From positions 64,728,001-64,792,000 of the forward strand of contig NC_088798.1 of the NCBI RefSeq assembly GCF_011386835.1: DNA of 64,000 nt, given 5' to 3'. The translations under genes and the position numbers were made by a program. Every line of letters starts with the position of its first letter. The stretch's first letter is position 1. Origin of the DNA: Chrysemys picta bellii. Its lineage: Eukaryota. The notes beneath the pieces are model-generated. The model ran no database searches and had not been told where the DNA came from. It was given only the letters and a program-made list of their open reading frames with translations. This document shows, piece after piece, positions 36,187-48,314 of the stretch.

Positions 36187-37470
36187 ATGAAGCAGTGTGG
36201 TTTAGTTCATAGGGCACTGGACTGCGGCCCTAGGAAACCTGGTTCTTCGAGTGCTTGCTCAGGTCGATTCCATTCTAGGTGTGTGCGCGTCCATGTGCAC
36301 AGTTGTCAGAGACTTTTGTCTTAGCGGTATCCGTAGGGCTGGCTGTGGCGCCCCTTTGAGTGCCATGCTCATGTGTCAGTATAGGGTCGACGGCGCCTAA
36401 TATGCTCTCTTAGTTCCTTCTTCCCGCCCATGATGGTGGGTTGGAGTGCCTTGTCTTGCCTTTAGCAAGAGCATTAGCAGTTCTTCATAGTCTTTTGTTC
36501 TACCTAATCTGTACATAGTTAATAGTAGTCAGAGAAGGAACGTAGACTACATGCCTTGGATGTTAAGTGGGCACTAGCCTTCTACATCAACAGGACCAAG
36601 CCCTTCCATAAGTCTACGTAATTGTTCATTGCGGTGGCTGACTGGATGAAAGTCACCCTGCCCAAAGAATTTCTTCTTGGATCACTGCCTGCATTCGCTT
36701 CTGCTACGATCAAGTGAAGGTGCCGCCCCCAGCAACTGTCACCACCCACTCGACCAAGGCGCAGGCCTCTTCAGCAACTTTTCTGGCCCAGGTGCCTATC
36801 CAGGACATCTGCAGGGCGGCCACCTGGTCGTCCGTCCATGCGTTTATGTCCCATACGTGCTTACACAGCAGGCCCGGGCTGATACTGGCTTTGGCAGAGC
36901 AGTACTGCAAGCCGCAAAACTGAACTCCGAGCCCACCTCCATAGATACTGCTTGTGAGTCACCTAGAATGGAATCGACATGAGCAAGCACTCATAGAAAA
37001 AACGGTTACCTTTCATAACTGTTGTTCTTCAAGATGTGTTGCTCATGTCCGTTCCATTACCCACCCTCCTACCCCTCTGTCGGAGTTGTCAGCAAGAAGG
37101 AACCGAGAGGGCATAGGGTTGGTGGCGCCTAATATACCGACGCATGAGCGTGGCACTCAAGGGGGGGTGCCACAGCCAACCCTACGGATACTGCTAAGAA
37201 AAAGTCTCCAACTGTGCACTTAGGTGCGCACACAGCTAGAATGGAATGGACATGAGCAACGCATCTCGAAGAACAACAGTCATGAAAGGTAACCGTCTTT
37301 TCTAATCCTGGCTCGGCCACTGATATGCTATGTGATCGTGGACAAGTCATTTTAGCGTTCTGTGCTTTGGTTTTCCCTCCCATCATCTGAGTTCTCTATT
37401 TAGATCCTAAACTCTTAGGGCAAGGACTTTTTCTTCTTATTTGTTTGAAGAGCACCATGCAACAGGGAGC
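36187..37470 (+). mobile_element. tRNA/CORE-type SINE split by a DIRS insertion (halves ~36187-36246 and 37304-37470)
   Basis: Halves rejoin as ...aggaaacctggttct|aatcctggctcggccact..., matching the intact SINE heads at 47320 and 55615. Confidence 0.65.
36243..37303 (+). mobile_element. Internally deleted (non-autonomous) DIRS element, 1061 bp
   Basis: Inverted terminal repeats; recombinase C-terminus HSTKAQAS...DICRAATWSSVH (36714-36923); internal complementary region 36962-37058 matching both termini. Confidence 0.9.
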
Positions 37471-38154
37471 CCTGATCTCAGGGTCTTTAGATGTTGCTGT
37501 AATATTAATAACCTATTTTACCATTTCTGTCAGATATAAATGTTGTTTTATCATTTCAACTTCACTGGTAAGAAACTTAATTTGTGTAACTTTTTCTTGT
37601 TCCGGTGTCTTTAATTGTAATTTACCTAGAGCATCATTTGAAGACAAAGTGGGCATACTGTCACAGTTCCTCAGGCAAGAGGTTGAAAAATTCTTGATCC
37701 TGACATCTTGCTAATTATTGCCCTATCTCCTATAGGAGAGCCTTCCTATAGCCAGACTTCTCTTTTTTTGTAAGATTATTGAAGTTGTGATGAAGCAATA
37801 GGAGCCTTGAACTTTTGATGCCTTTCAGTTTGGCTTTAGGTGTGAATACAGTACAGGCACTGCACTGGTTGCATTGGTCATTCTCCACAGTGGTCTACAG
37901 AAGATAGGTGACCATACTGACTTTTACAGGTGTTGAATTTTGATAATGTTTTTACCATACAATGGTTTTGACTCTATGGACTCTGATGGAGTGTTTGGAG
38001 TCAGTTATCTCTTTGAGGTTCCAGTGGGTGGGTTTTAAGTTGTTTGCCACAAGGGCTTTTATCTATGGGTTACCATAAGATTCTATTTGTCATTCTCTGT
38101 TCAGTGGGTAAGTAAGGCAATTTAGGGAAGTGTGACCACTATCACTGTCAACTC

Positions 38155-38330
38155 GCTATGTCTACACTAGCACTTTTGTTGGTAAAACTTTTGTTGGTCA
38201 GGGGAGGTGAAAAAACACACTCTGACAAAAGCGCCAATGTGGGCAGAGCTATGTTATTGGGAGATGCTTTCCTGCCAACATAGCTACCGCTGCTTGTTGG
38301 GGGTGGTTTAATTATGCCAGTGGGCGAGCT
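38155..38330. mobile_element. Truncated Harbinger-type MITE
   Basis: Starts gctatgtctacactagcac; subterminal repeated acttttgttggt motif. Confidence 0.5.
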
Positions 38331-39079
38331 CATGAGGCCATTTGAGATGTAGTTGAATCAGTATGCAGCGGGAAAACACATTTTTGTCTCTAATCAGAAG
38401 CACATACTTTATTCTTCCTTAGGCCTAGCTGAGACAGAGACCTGGAATGAAATCAGACTGGTTGGAGTTAAAGACAGGTGATCCTGGTTGTAAGGAGAAG
38501 TTTCTAGAGCAAATAGCAACAATAGGTTCTGCCCCATTGATTGAGGTGGTATGCCCATATTTCCACAGTAGTGCTTTTGTATCATGGACTGCTTCCAGAA
38601 TCTTGTATAGCACAAACGGCCACCAGCACCTTTTCATCATAAGTTTGTCTCGATAGTAGTGACTGTTTTTACTTTGCCATAGTTGTGTGTCTTTATCTCC
38701 AGATAGGATTACTGCCAAGTGCAAACAAGTTATCCTTGAACTTGGAAACTACAGGTAGGGAAGAATATTGCTAATTGCTTGCTTAATTGTTTTGGCCATG
38801 TGGAGCATATTACATCTGTTCTCCAAAGGTAGCACTAGCTATTTCTGGTTGCATTTCAAGTTATCAATAAATTCCTTATGACTCGAATCCTAGCTATCCA
38901 AGAAGCCCAATCTCTCCCTCTGTGCTATCATGATAGGTGAGACCAGTGGGGGCTGTTTTATTTATAGACTCTCTTCATCAGGGACAGGACATTCTTTCAT
39001 GAGAATAGAATTGCGAGGAATGCAGTGACCTTTACTCTTGAGTGGAAGTCTTTATCACTAAGTGGTATATACCGTCTTA

Positions 39080-39340
39080 GCTCTTGTCTATACTAAGAGT
39101 GTGCAGCAAGCTGGGGTGTAAATATACATGCACTAGAATGCTGTGAACTCTCTGTATGGATCCTGCAACTTCACACTAAAAGTTCCCTAGTGCATAGTGA
39201 CCTACTCTTTCAAAGCAGAGTAGATCAAATCACACTAGAGAACTTGTAGTGCGTGGCAGCGGGGTCCATATGGACAGATGGTGCATTGTAGATTTACACC
39301 CTAGCTTACCGTGCACTAACTGTTGATCTTAAATAAGTCC
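39080..39340. mobile_element. Harbinger-type MITE, 261 bp
   Basis: Degenerate TIRs (gctcttgtctatact / taaataagtcc); TTA on both sides (39077-39079, 39341-39343). Confidence 0.55.
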
Positions 39341-40086
39341 TTAAATTTCTACACATCTCTAGAGACTGTGATAGCTTACCTGGATATTTATAAGATGTGC
39401 CTAAGTATTGCATGCCACGCTGTGGAGTCTTCTATGATAAGATCTTTCCCTTCCTGGTAAGTTTAAAATGAGCAGTATTTGAATATTTTATGAAGTCACT
39501 GTGCATACTACTGGTTGTACTGTACTAGTAGCAGCAGCAGAATTTGTCCTGCCATTGTGGTAGTTCCGTGAGCACAGGCGTCAAAGGTAATACACAACAA
39601 TGGGGAGAGAACAGAGCTATCAAGTTAACTTGGATGGAGGAAACTTCTTAAAGACAGTGTCTCTTAAAATTCCCCACTGCAGCCTAAAGCCGAAGGTGAT
39701 GAGAGAGAGCTGTTCTATACAATAACTTTTGGGAGTGCTCAGATACCATCGTGATGGGTGCCATATCTAAACCTAGAGCAATAGATCAAAATCCTTCATA
39801 AAAGTAAGATTTTTAGAATTCCATTAAACTTCTTATAAAAGGGCATCTTTGAGTGAAATTTGACCGCTCTGATTAAAAGAACCAAAGAGAATGGCAGCTT
39901 AGTGACTTTCCACTGAAAGAGAGCTCACATAACCACAACATCATCTTCAAGTAGTGTCTGTGATTGCTCCACTTCAGATGCACATGCTCCTCTCGCCCTT
40001 GATTGGAGATTTATACCTAGCAACATCTGTTCGGCCCACACCTGTGCCCTCTGCCTCCTCATGGCAGAGACAGGCTACGTGGGGGT

Positions 40087-41365
40087 TGTGATGGGTTCCC
40101 TTTGGGGTGCCACCTGGAACTGGGGTGCCACTGAGCCCTCTGACCCATCAGCCTGGGCTCCCTCTTGCACTGTGCTGCTGTGACAAGCTGCAGACCTACT
40201 CCCGGTCTTACACTTCCACCAGCATTCACACAGGCAGGGACAAACCCAGATGCAGTTACATGCAAGCTCTCTGGCCAGCCACTGCATGAACCAACAATAG
40301 AGAGGCTACAGCCAAAATAGCCACCAGCTTCCCAGCCTAGGACCTCAGAGCTGTACCATCCTGCCCTGGTCCATATCCCAACCAGTATGAATTTATTATC
40401 CGGTTCTCCTCCCCCCTCAATGGGCAGAGGAAATGCAACAAGCCTGTGTTAAAGCAAGCTGCGACCCCCCCCCCCCCAAAAAGACTTCACTTAAAGGCAC
40501 TCTGGGTTTAAATTAAAACATAAAACAAGATTATTAACTACAAAAGATAGATTTTTTTTTTAAGTGATTATAAGGGATAACAAACAGATCAAAGCAGATT
40601 ACCTAGCAAATAAACAAAAACACAAACTAAGCTTAACATACTACTTAGAATGGATATGAATTAGCAATTTCTCAACCTGAGAGATGGTACAAGCAGGCTT
40701 GCAGATTCTTAAGGGACAAGCAGCATTTGCTTTGCATCTTGGAATCCCCAGATTTTAATAGGATAGAAATCCCTTTAGCCTGGGTCCAACACTTCCCCCA
40801 GTTCAGTCTTTGTTCCTCAGGTGTTTCCTGGAGTTGTCTTGTGTGGGGAGAGAACAACAGATGATGTTGCTCCCAGCCTTATATAGCTTTAGCATATGGC
40901 AGGAACCCTTTGTTCCAAAACAAGTTTCCAGACCAATGTGTGGGAAAAATAGACTATCCCCAAATGGAGTCCAGAGTCACAGGCCCTTGCATACTTTGCT
41001 GAGTCATAGCAGCCATTACTTACAAGCTGTCTGGAACATTTACAGGAAGGCTAAGATCTTCCAGGGTCCATTGTCTTTGCTGATGGGCCATCAGCACTGA
41101 TTGCTTTCTTCATTGTTGTACCTGAAAGGCTAGTTGTGGGTGTCATCCAGAGTAAGCACATTTGAATTGTGCTTCAGATTATATTGTCAATATTCATAAT
41201 TTTAGATACAAAAATGATACATGCGTAGAAATAGGATAATCGTATTCGGCAAATCATAACTTTTCTGATGACACCTCACATGACCCATCTTGTACAAAAA
41301 GCATCATAATTATGCCATAATCATCATATAATATCACTGTGAAGAATATGGGGTGCAGTGTCACA
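40087..41365 (-). mobile_element. Solo LTR (1279 bp)
   Basis: TGTGA...TCACA termini; near-TSD GGGGT/GGGAT; interrupts the DIRS left ITR; no internal coding sequence; strand inferred weakly. Confidence 0.75.
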
Positions 41366-41657
41366 GGGATTTATGGGCAAACCACCTTCAGTTACTTCTC
41401 GATTGCTTCACCTGAGACCGAACACTAGCATGTCTTCCTAGAGCATACTCTGCCTTTTCTCTTTCTCAAAGTTAGTTTGTAGTTTTAGTTTTCTGTTTAG
41501 TATAGTTAGTTTTAGATGACAGGACTGTTTTCCCCTCATTTCCCCAGGGAGACCTGTCTTCTCCTGGCAGAGTGTGCCTGGTTCATCAGTCTTCAAATGT
41601 TGCCTCTCTTGCCAGGAGGCTGTAATGGTAAGCCTCAGGCACTCCAAATGTGTAGTA

Positions 41658-41848
41658 CACCGCTACCTCGATATAACATGACCTGATATAACACGAATTC
41701 GGCTATAACACGGTAAAGCAGTGCTCCGGGGGGGGCGGGGCTGTGCACTCTGGTGGATCAAAGCAAGTTCAATATAACTCTGTTTCACCTGTAACGCAGT
41801 AAGATTTTTTTTGGCTCTCGAGGGCAGCGTTCTATCGAGGTAGAGGTG
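41658..41848. mobile_element. Tc1/mariner-pogo MITE, 191 bp, inside DIRS
   Basis: TIRs caccgctacctcgatataac / gttctatcgaggtagaggtg (18 of 20 match); TA at 41656-41657 and 41849-41850. Confidence 0.88.
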
Positions 41849-44800
41849 TACTTCTCAAGAACTAGACCATATGACAAGGACCAAAAATCACTTCTTTTTG
41901 GACAACAGTCTTACTCATCCACAACCCTGCAGTTCCAGATGGTGAACTATCAGGTGGTCATGGCCAAACACAATTTTACTAATCACAACAAACTCTCAGC
42001 CTTTATTGAACAGCTGCCACGTGACTGCTGGGAGCAATTCCAGTCCATAGCTGGAGGGTCAGCTCTTGGTCAGCGTGGCTCTCCAGGCATCCCTAGATAC
42101 TGCAGACACTGCTGCCAGATCCATCTCTGCAGCGGTAGGTTATGCGCAAGGTGTCATGGTTCCAACTTTTGGGGTTTCCAAGAGATGTTCAAAACACTGT
42201 AGAGGACCTCTCCTTTCATGGTCATAAGATTTTCTCGGAGATCACAAATGACTCTCTGAAGGCTTTGAAGGACTCTGGGGGTACCCTACGTTATTTGGGC
42301 ATTTATACACCTTTCAGTAAGAGATGTTTCAGTAGGTCACAGACTGCCCAGAGATCTTACCCAGCTCAGTTTGGAGTACCATCAACTCTCAAAACCCTAA
42401 GGAAAGATTTCAGAGGAAGAGGACCACCCAGGTGTCATCTAAACCACAGTTCTGTTAGGTTGGTTGAAGGTTCAAATCCTCTGTCCTCTGATTTCACAGT
42501 TGTGCCCCTTAGCCCACATCCCTCCCTTTGGGGACTGCCTTGTCCATTTTCACCAGGCTTGGGAATGGATCCCATGAAGCAATGGATCTTGGATGTCATA
42601 ACTTTGGACTACGCCCTCCTTTTCCTGTCCCTCTTTAGGGATCCCTCTTATGAGCTTCTACTGAATGAAGAGGGTGACTCTCTCCTCTGGCCAGAAGCAA
42701 TAGAACTGGTCCCTTCCCCTTACAGGAGTAGGGGGTTCTACTCAAAATACTTTCTAGTACTGAAAAGGGATGGATGTTGGAGGCCAATCTTAAATCTAAG
42801 ACAGCTGAACAAGTTTGTGAAACCTCAAAAGTTCAGGATGGTGACTCTGGCAACTCTTAATTTCTTCACTAGAGGAAGGGGATTGGTTTTCGTCCCTCAA
42901 CCTACAAGATGCCTACTTCTGTAGAACTATACACCCATTGCACAAGAAATACCGATGTTTCATGATAGGCCAAGACCGTTTCCAGTATCAAGTGCTCCCC
43001 TTCAGCCTATCCTCTGCCCCAAACGTGTTTTTGAAGGTTCTAGCAGTAGTGGCAGCTCACCTTCAGCAGGAAACAATTCTCAGACCTCAGTGACTGGCTA
43101 CTCACGGGCTGCTCTTTTGAGGCAGTTTTCGACCCAGAAGGCCCTGGCTCTGTTCTGGGAGTTGGGCCTACAGTTAAATGTAAAGAAATCCTGACCATTC
43201 CTCATTCCCTGTCTCAGGATATGGGCCGTGCACTTCACCCCAACCTGGCAGTTCTATGCCTCACAGCCTGGCTCCTGGATAGTTGTCAGGAATAGACGTT
43301 TCCTGCTCTACGGAGGTGCAGCAGGTGTTATTAAACAGTAGGAAAAACATGAATGCACATTACATACCTGCAGAAATGGAAGAGATTCATCTATTGGTTC
43401 ACTCATTGTTCCCTCTGTCCAGAATCCGTTCCCCTTTCCCTCATGCTAGATTACCTGCTAGATCGGAAGACAACTGGGTTATCCATCAAGGTACACCTGG
43501 CTGCCATATCAGCCTTTCATCCATGGTTGATGGATTCTCTATTTTTGCTCATACGGTATAGTGCAGTTTTATTAAGGGTCTGGGGAATCTCTTCCCACAC
43601 ATTGGACACCCCCCACCATCCTGATTCTCAGCCACCTCATGAGACCTCCATTTGAACCAATGGTTCATTTATCTATGAAGATGGCCGCCTTAGTTGCCAT
43701 CACGTTGGCTGGTGGGGTCAAGGAGATTGGAATCTTGAGGGCAGATTCCCCACCCCCATTTTTGCCATGTTTTTATAATGCTAACGTTATAAAAACATCG
43801 TAAACTCCTCCCAATGGCTAAATTGGATTTTCATCTTAACCAATCTATCCATCTACCAGTTATTTTCCCCCAAAATCTCATAGTTCTCAGCATGAATCCT
43901 ATTTCTATACTCTGGCCTTTTACCTGGGTGGGATTAAGCACTTCAGGAGATCTAGACTCGTTGGATCTTTCACAAATAGTTCTAGGGAATCGTCTATTTC
44001 TGCTCAAAGGCTTTCAAAATGGATATGCAGCAGACCCCATTTCCCCCCCCCCCCCACACACACACACACAGTGGTCAGAGCACATTCAACCAGATGGCAG
44101 GCATCTGGTACATTTTTGAAGCATGTCCCAGTATATCTGAGCAATATAGAACTGATCCTGTGGACTAAGGTCCATGTAGTTCAATGCATTATGCCCTGCT
44201 CTGTGCCGTCAGATCTGATGCGACATTTGGCTCTGCAGTACTGTCTTCAGTTCTGGAACCTGTTCTGAAGTGCCCTCCTCCTAGGGATACTGCTCGGAAG
44301 TCACGGACCCTACTCAAAGGAAACGTTTCCCTGTACTGTAACTAATTCTTTGAGATGCGCGTCCCTATGGGTGCTCTACTACTTGTAGTCTTTCCCCTCT
44401 GCTTTGGTTGTTCCGTAGGCCAAGGGGATGACTGATTAGAGAAGGAACTGAGGGTGGTTCACCCGTGCACCCATATATAGCCTCGGTGTCTGCCCCGAGG
44501 AGGGTGCATACACAGGCCAAACAGACACTGCTAGCTAGAAATCTCTGTTGAAGGGCTCCAGAGGAGGGGACACATCTTGAAGAACCACAGTTACTGTTCA
44601 GGGAGTAACGGTTCCTTATGTGGTTTAAAAAACAGCTGTTAAACTCATTCTGCTATTCCCAACTGGTGTCCAAGTGAAAATGTAGAATGTTCTAATTAAA
44701 AAGTACAAGCAGGACAGAAATCTGAATTTCCCAATATGTGGGTAGATCACTTCTGATATGGTCAGGATTTCAGTTCCTAAATGTTGCAGACACTGGGACA

Positions 44801-45062
44801 GATCCAGAAAAACTGGCATGCGGCACATATTCTAGGTCTGTGTGCCTGCTAAAACCACCTGTGTCAGAGGGAATTTATCCAGGGGAGGTTAAGTGGTTTG
44901 TCACCACTGCTAACTGATCTCCCCCATTTTTTCCACCAATAGGAGGGGGACGGTTCGGGTGTTCCATCAGGTCTCATTTGGAGTTTCACCACCAAGATGT
45001 CTTGGGTGTGCCCCCTTTCAGGTCAGTGTCACTTTGCAGGCTGCACTGGTCTGACTGTTCAG

Positions 45063-46108
45063 CAGTGTGGATTGTTTTAAATCAAAACAATTTTAATCAG
45101 CGAGCAAGAAACCTTGATTTACATCATTGCTTTTAATCTTATTTTGCATTTCTATTTTTTGGTTATTTTCGTAAAGGAAAGTCGATTCTCATTGGTTAGT
45201 AACCATTAAAACGTTGATTTGCAACTAAATAATTTAGCCTTTTTGCTAAGTTTGGTACTACTTTTTGCTAACTGGGGAATACGTTCTATCTGTACGTATG
45301 TAACTAATGATATAGCTTAACGTACATTCAGATTTTGGTTTTTACATTTTTATTATGTTAGAAAAAGGTGAATGATGCATTTCTTAGCAGCAACGATTAA
45401 TTTTTTTATTTGTGATTTGTGTCAAGCTCTCTTTGGATGGAAATTCAAATAAATTAAAAATCCAGAAAAACAGCATTTTAATTCTATTAAATAAAACTAC
45501 TATGAAATGTGCTGAATACACAAGAAAAATGTTTATCGAAACATGTTTTTTATTTAAAACTGATTTAATAAAAGAAGTGTTAGCTGTAGTCAGGAAATTG
45601 AACTGGTTGTTTCTGGTTGCCTTGTCCTTCAAGATTTTAGAAGTAGTAGGTCTCATAATCTCTCACCTAGTTTTTATTCATAAATTGGTAGAGGAAAATA
45701 AGTTTTCCTGCTTGTTCAGCTCCCAGCTGGCTTCTTAACTTTGAATGAACTAGGCACTGAACTGAACAGGTTGAATAAACTGAAATTAAGAAAATACTCT
45801 CGCTGAACCTGCAGAAAAGGCCACTGCTTCAAAAGCTGATTTAGGACTCTGGTTTCAGGTGCTTGGCCAGTGACTTGCACTGTTTTCAGTGGTTTGATTT
45901 TTCTTTAAAGCTTTGAAAGCAAACCTAGTGTGTAATAATTTTTTTTATGTAAATAGTCAATTTAGGCCTTATCATAGGGTTGTCATAATTTTAAAATTAA
46001 TTTTAAATGGGTTTACTTTTTAAAACAAAAATGTATTTAATTTAAATACAAATTCAATTTAAATAAAGCTTGTTAAATTTTTTTAATCATTGATTTTTAT
46101 CTACCCTG
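45063..46108 (-). mobile_element. hAT deletion derivative retaining a C-terminal dimerisation-domain remnant
   Basis: Ends cagtgtggatt... / ...ttatctaccctg; minus-strand AVAFSAG...LVHSKLRSQLGAEQAGKLIFL at ~45680-45830; degenerate 8-bp TSD ctgttcag/ttgttcgc. Confidence 0.68.
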
Positions 46109-47319
46109 TTGTTCGCCTGTGTAGGAGGTTGGAGTCTTTATGCCAGCACCTGGTTGTCTACCCACCACAAGGGCTTCAGCAGAGTTCATACTAACATCCT
46201 GGGGAGAATTTGGTCCACAATCTTTGTTCTGAATTCTGATTAGTTCTGATCAACTAACCCTGATTTCGCATATGACCAACAACAGGCTCATCACTGGATT
46301 ACTTATGCTACAATTGAATTCCTTCGTTTAAAATTATCTCATCATGGTCTTTCAAGGTTTGTTTCTGGCAAGTTCATAGTATAGCGGATCACCAGCTCCA
46401 CTATATTTAAAGTTGAGAAGCCATCACTACGTAAAAATTGACTCTTTCAAGTGCTCTAAAATCTGCATGTCTACTCAGAATGTTTACTTGCCTTGAAATT
46501 TGGGGTGCCATGTGGGGTCGAATTAGTGATCCACTAGCAAGGGATTCACTAGGGTCCCCCCCCCCCCACATGTGAAGGCTTGCTGGGAAGGGTTGGGGGC
46601 TAGGGACAGAGGGGTGTGAGGCTGCAGCGAGTGGGATAAATGGGAGTAGGCGGTGACACGAAGGGAGGGTGGTAGAACCTGTCTGCTCCACATTCTTCAC
46701 ACCCATATGTGCTGGGAGCTGTGGGATCTGATCTCCTCTCCCTGCCCCCAGGTGAACCAGGTAACAGAAATTTAAACGTGAAAACCAGGAAATAAGGTAC
46801 ACGCCTGGCTGGAGTGGGGGCAGGAGCCAGCTTGGAGTGGGGAGGACTGGGGAAGACCAGCAGGGGGCAGGAGGAAATAGTGGAGTATGGGGCTCAGCTC
46901 AGTGCACAGGTCAGGCTGCAGAACCAAGCAGGTATGCAACCCTCCGGTAAGCTGCTGCCAATAATGTGTATGCGGCAGAAGAGGATGCCAGATAACCAAG
47001 CACAGCTCTTCATATGCCAATAGCTTAATGGGAGAGGAAGAGGAGAGCAAGCTGGAAATGTTGGCAAGTGGCAGGAGGGGCTATATGTTTTGGGCAATGG
47101 TGAGGGAGGAGGTGGAGAAGGAGAGACATACCAGTCTTCTCGGATGTGCTTAGTTACAGTACCTATTTTGTCAAGATTCTGTGCCATAGACCATGTCTGG
47201 AGGCTTCTCTTCGGCCCATTTAGCAATGACACACTCCGGACATTTCGAAGCATGACGGTTATCTCTGTTCCACTACAACAGGTTACAGGACGGGGGAGGA
47301 AGTGCTTAGGAATCACTTA

Positions 47320-47510
47320 GCAACCATGTGGCCTGGGTGGAGAAAATACTGGATGGGGACTCAGGAGATCTGCATTCTATTCCTGGGGTAAGTCATTTTG
47401 CTTCTCTGTGCCTCAGTTTCCCCATCTGTTAAATGGGGATAATGATGGTTACCTCCTGTGTAAAGTGCTCTGAGAAGGACTAATAAAAAGTGCTATATTA
47501 AGAGCTAGGT
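47320..47510 (+). mobile_element. CORE-SINE (MIR-like)
   Basis: tRNA-like head plus CORE motif ctctgtgcctcagtttccccatctgttaaatggggataat. Confidence 0.75.
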
Positions 47511-48048
47511 TTGATTACCTCTCCTCAGCAGTATCTCAACCACAAACCTATGTGATAACTATAACAGCCTAAACGGCCACGAACGCCTACAGAAAACATC
47601 TTTGTTTAAAAAACAAAACAAAAACAAAAACCACCAAACAAATCGGCTAATTCACTAATGCAAAGTGTTGTTAATGTGGAATTAAATTTGCCCTGCGGTG
47701 TCCTGTGCCTTTCCAGAACGCCTAAAAACCAGGAAATAAGGCTATGTCTACACTACGGGATTATTCCGATTTTACAGAAACCGGTTTTTGGCAACAGATC
47801 GTATAAAGTCGAATGTGTGCGGCCACACTAAGCACATTAATTCGGCGGTGTGCATCCATGTACTGGGGCTAGTGTCAATTTCCGGAGCGTTGCACTGTGG
47901 ATAGCTATCCCATAGTTCCCGCAGTCTCCTCCACCCATTGGAATTCTGGGTTGAGATCCCAATGCCTGATGGGGCCAAAAACATTGTCGTGGGTGGTTCT
48001 GGGTACATCCTCCCCCTCCCTCCGGGAAAGCAACGGCAAACAGCCATT

Positions 48049-48312
48049 ATGGGGACAGAGTAGGCAACGAGGTTTGCTACAGGGATTGGTTCCTGGGTTG
48101 GTGTTTCTGTGGTGTGGCGTGTAGTAACCAGTAATCTTGGTTACAGATTTAAATCCCTGCATCTGTAACTTTCACTCTATGCATCTGAAGAAGTGAGGTT
48201 TTTACCCACGAAAGCTTATGCCCAAATAAATCTGTTAGTCTTTAAGGTGCCACCAGACTCCTTGTTGTTTTTGTAGATATAGACTAACACGGCTATCCCC
48301 TGATACTTGACA
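48049..48312. mobile_element. Penelope-like element fragment with internal inversion, inserted in the Harbinger transposase
   Basis: Minus-strand PGTNPCSKPRCLLCPH (Cys motif preceding GIY-YIG) at 48049-48125; plus-strand terminal repeat ~48150-48312 homologous to 36049-36184. Confidence 0.82.
48181..48221 (+). ncRNA. Minimal type I hammerhead ribozyme motif of the Penelope terminal repeat
   Basis: GCAT-CTGAAGA-A-[GTGAGGT TTTT ACCCAC]-GAAA-GC-TT^-ATGC; conserved core, stem I GCAT/ATGC, 6-bp stem II with one bulge, palindromic AGCT helix III. Confidence 0.72.
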
Positions 48313-48314
48313 CC

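Larger units (their letters stand above)
39943..44615 (+). mobile_element. Degenerate DIRS retrotransposon with RT, RNase H and recombinase remnants, hosting a solo LTR and a MITE
   Basis: RT GFYSKYFLVLKRDGCWRPILNLRQLNKF at ~42730-42860; FHLNQSIHLP and RAHSTR (44080-44094) recombinase motifs; left ITR 39943-40086 plus 41366-41400 is inverted relative to 44440-44610; ICR ~44305-44375. Confidence 0.85.

Noticed and set aside
46781-47741. 17-mer AAAACCAGGAAATAAGG present at 46781 and 47725
   Set aside because: The second copy borrows its end from the Harbinger terminus; probably a recurring motif of an old repeat, with no element boundaries definable
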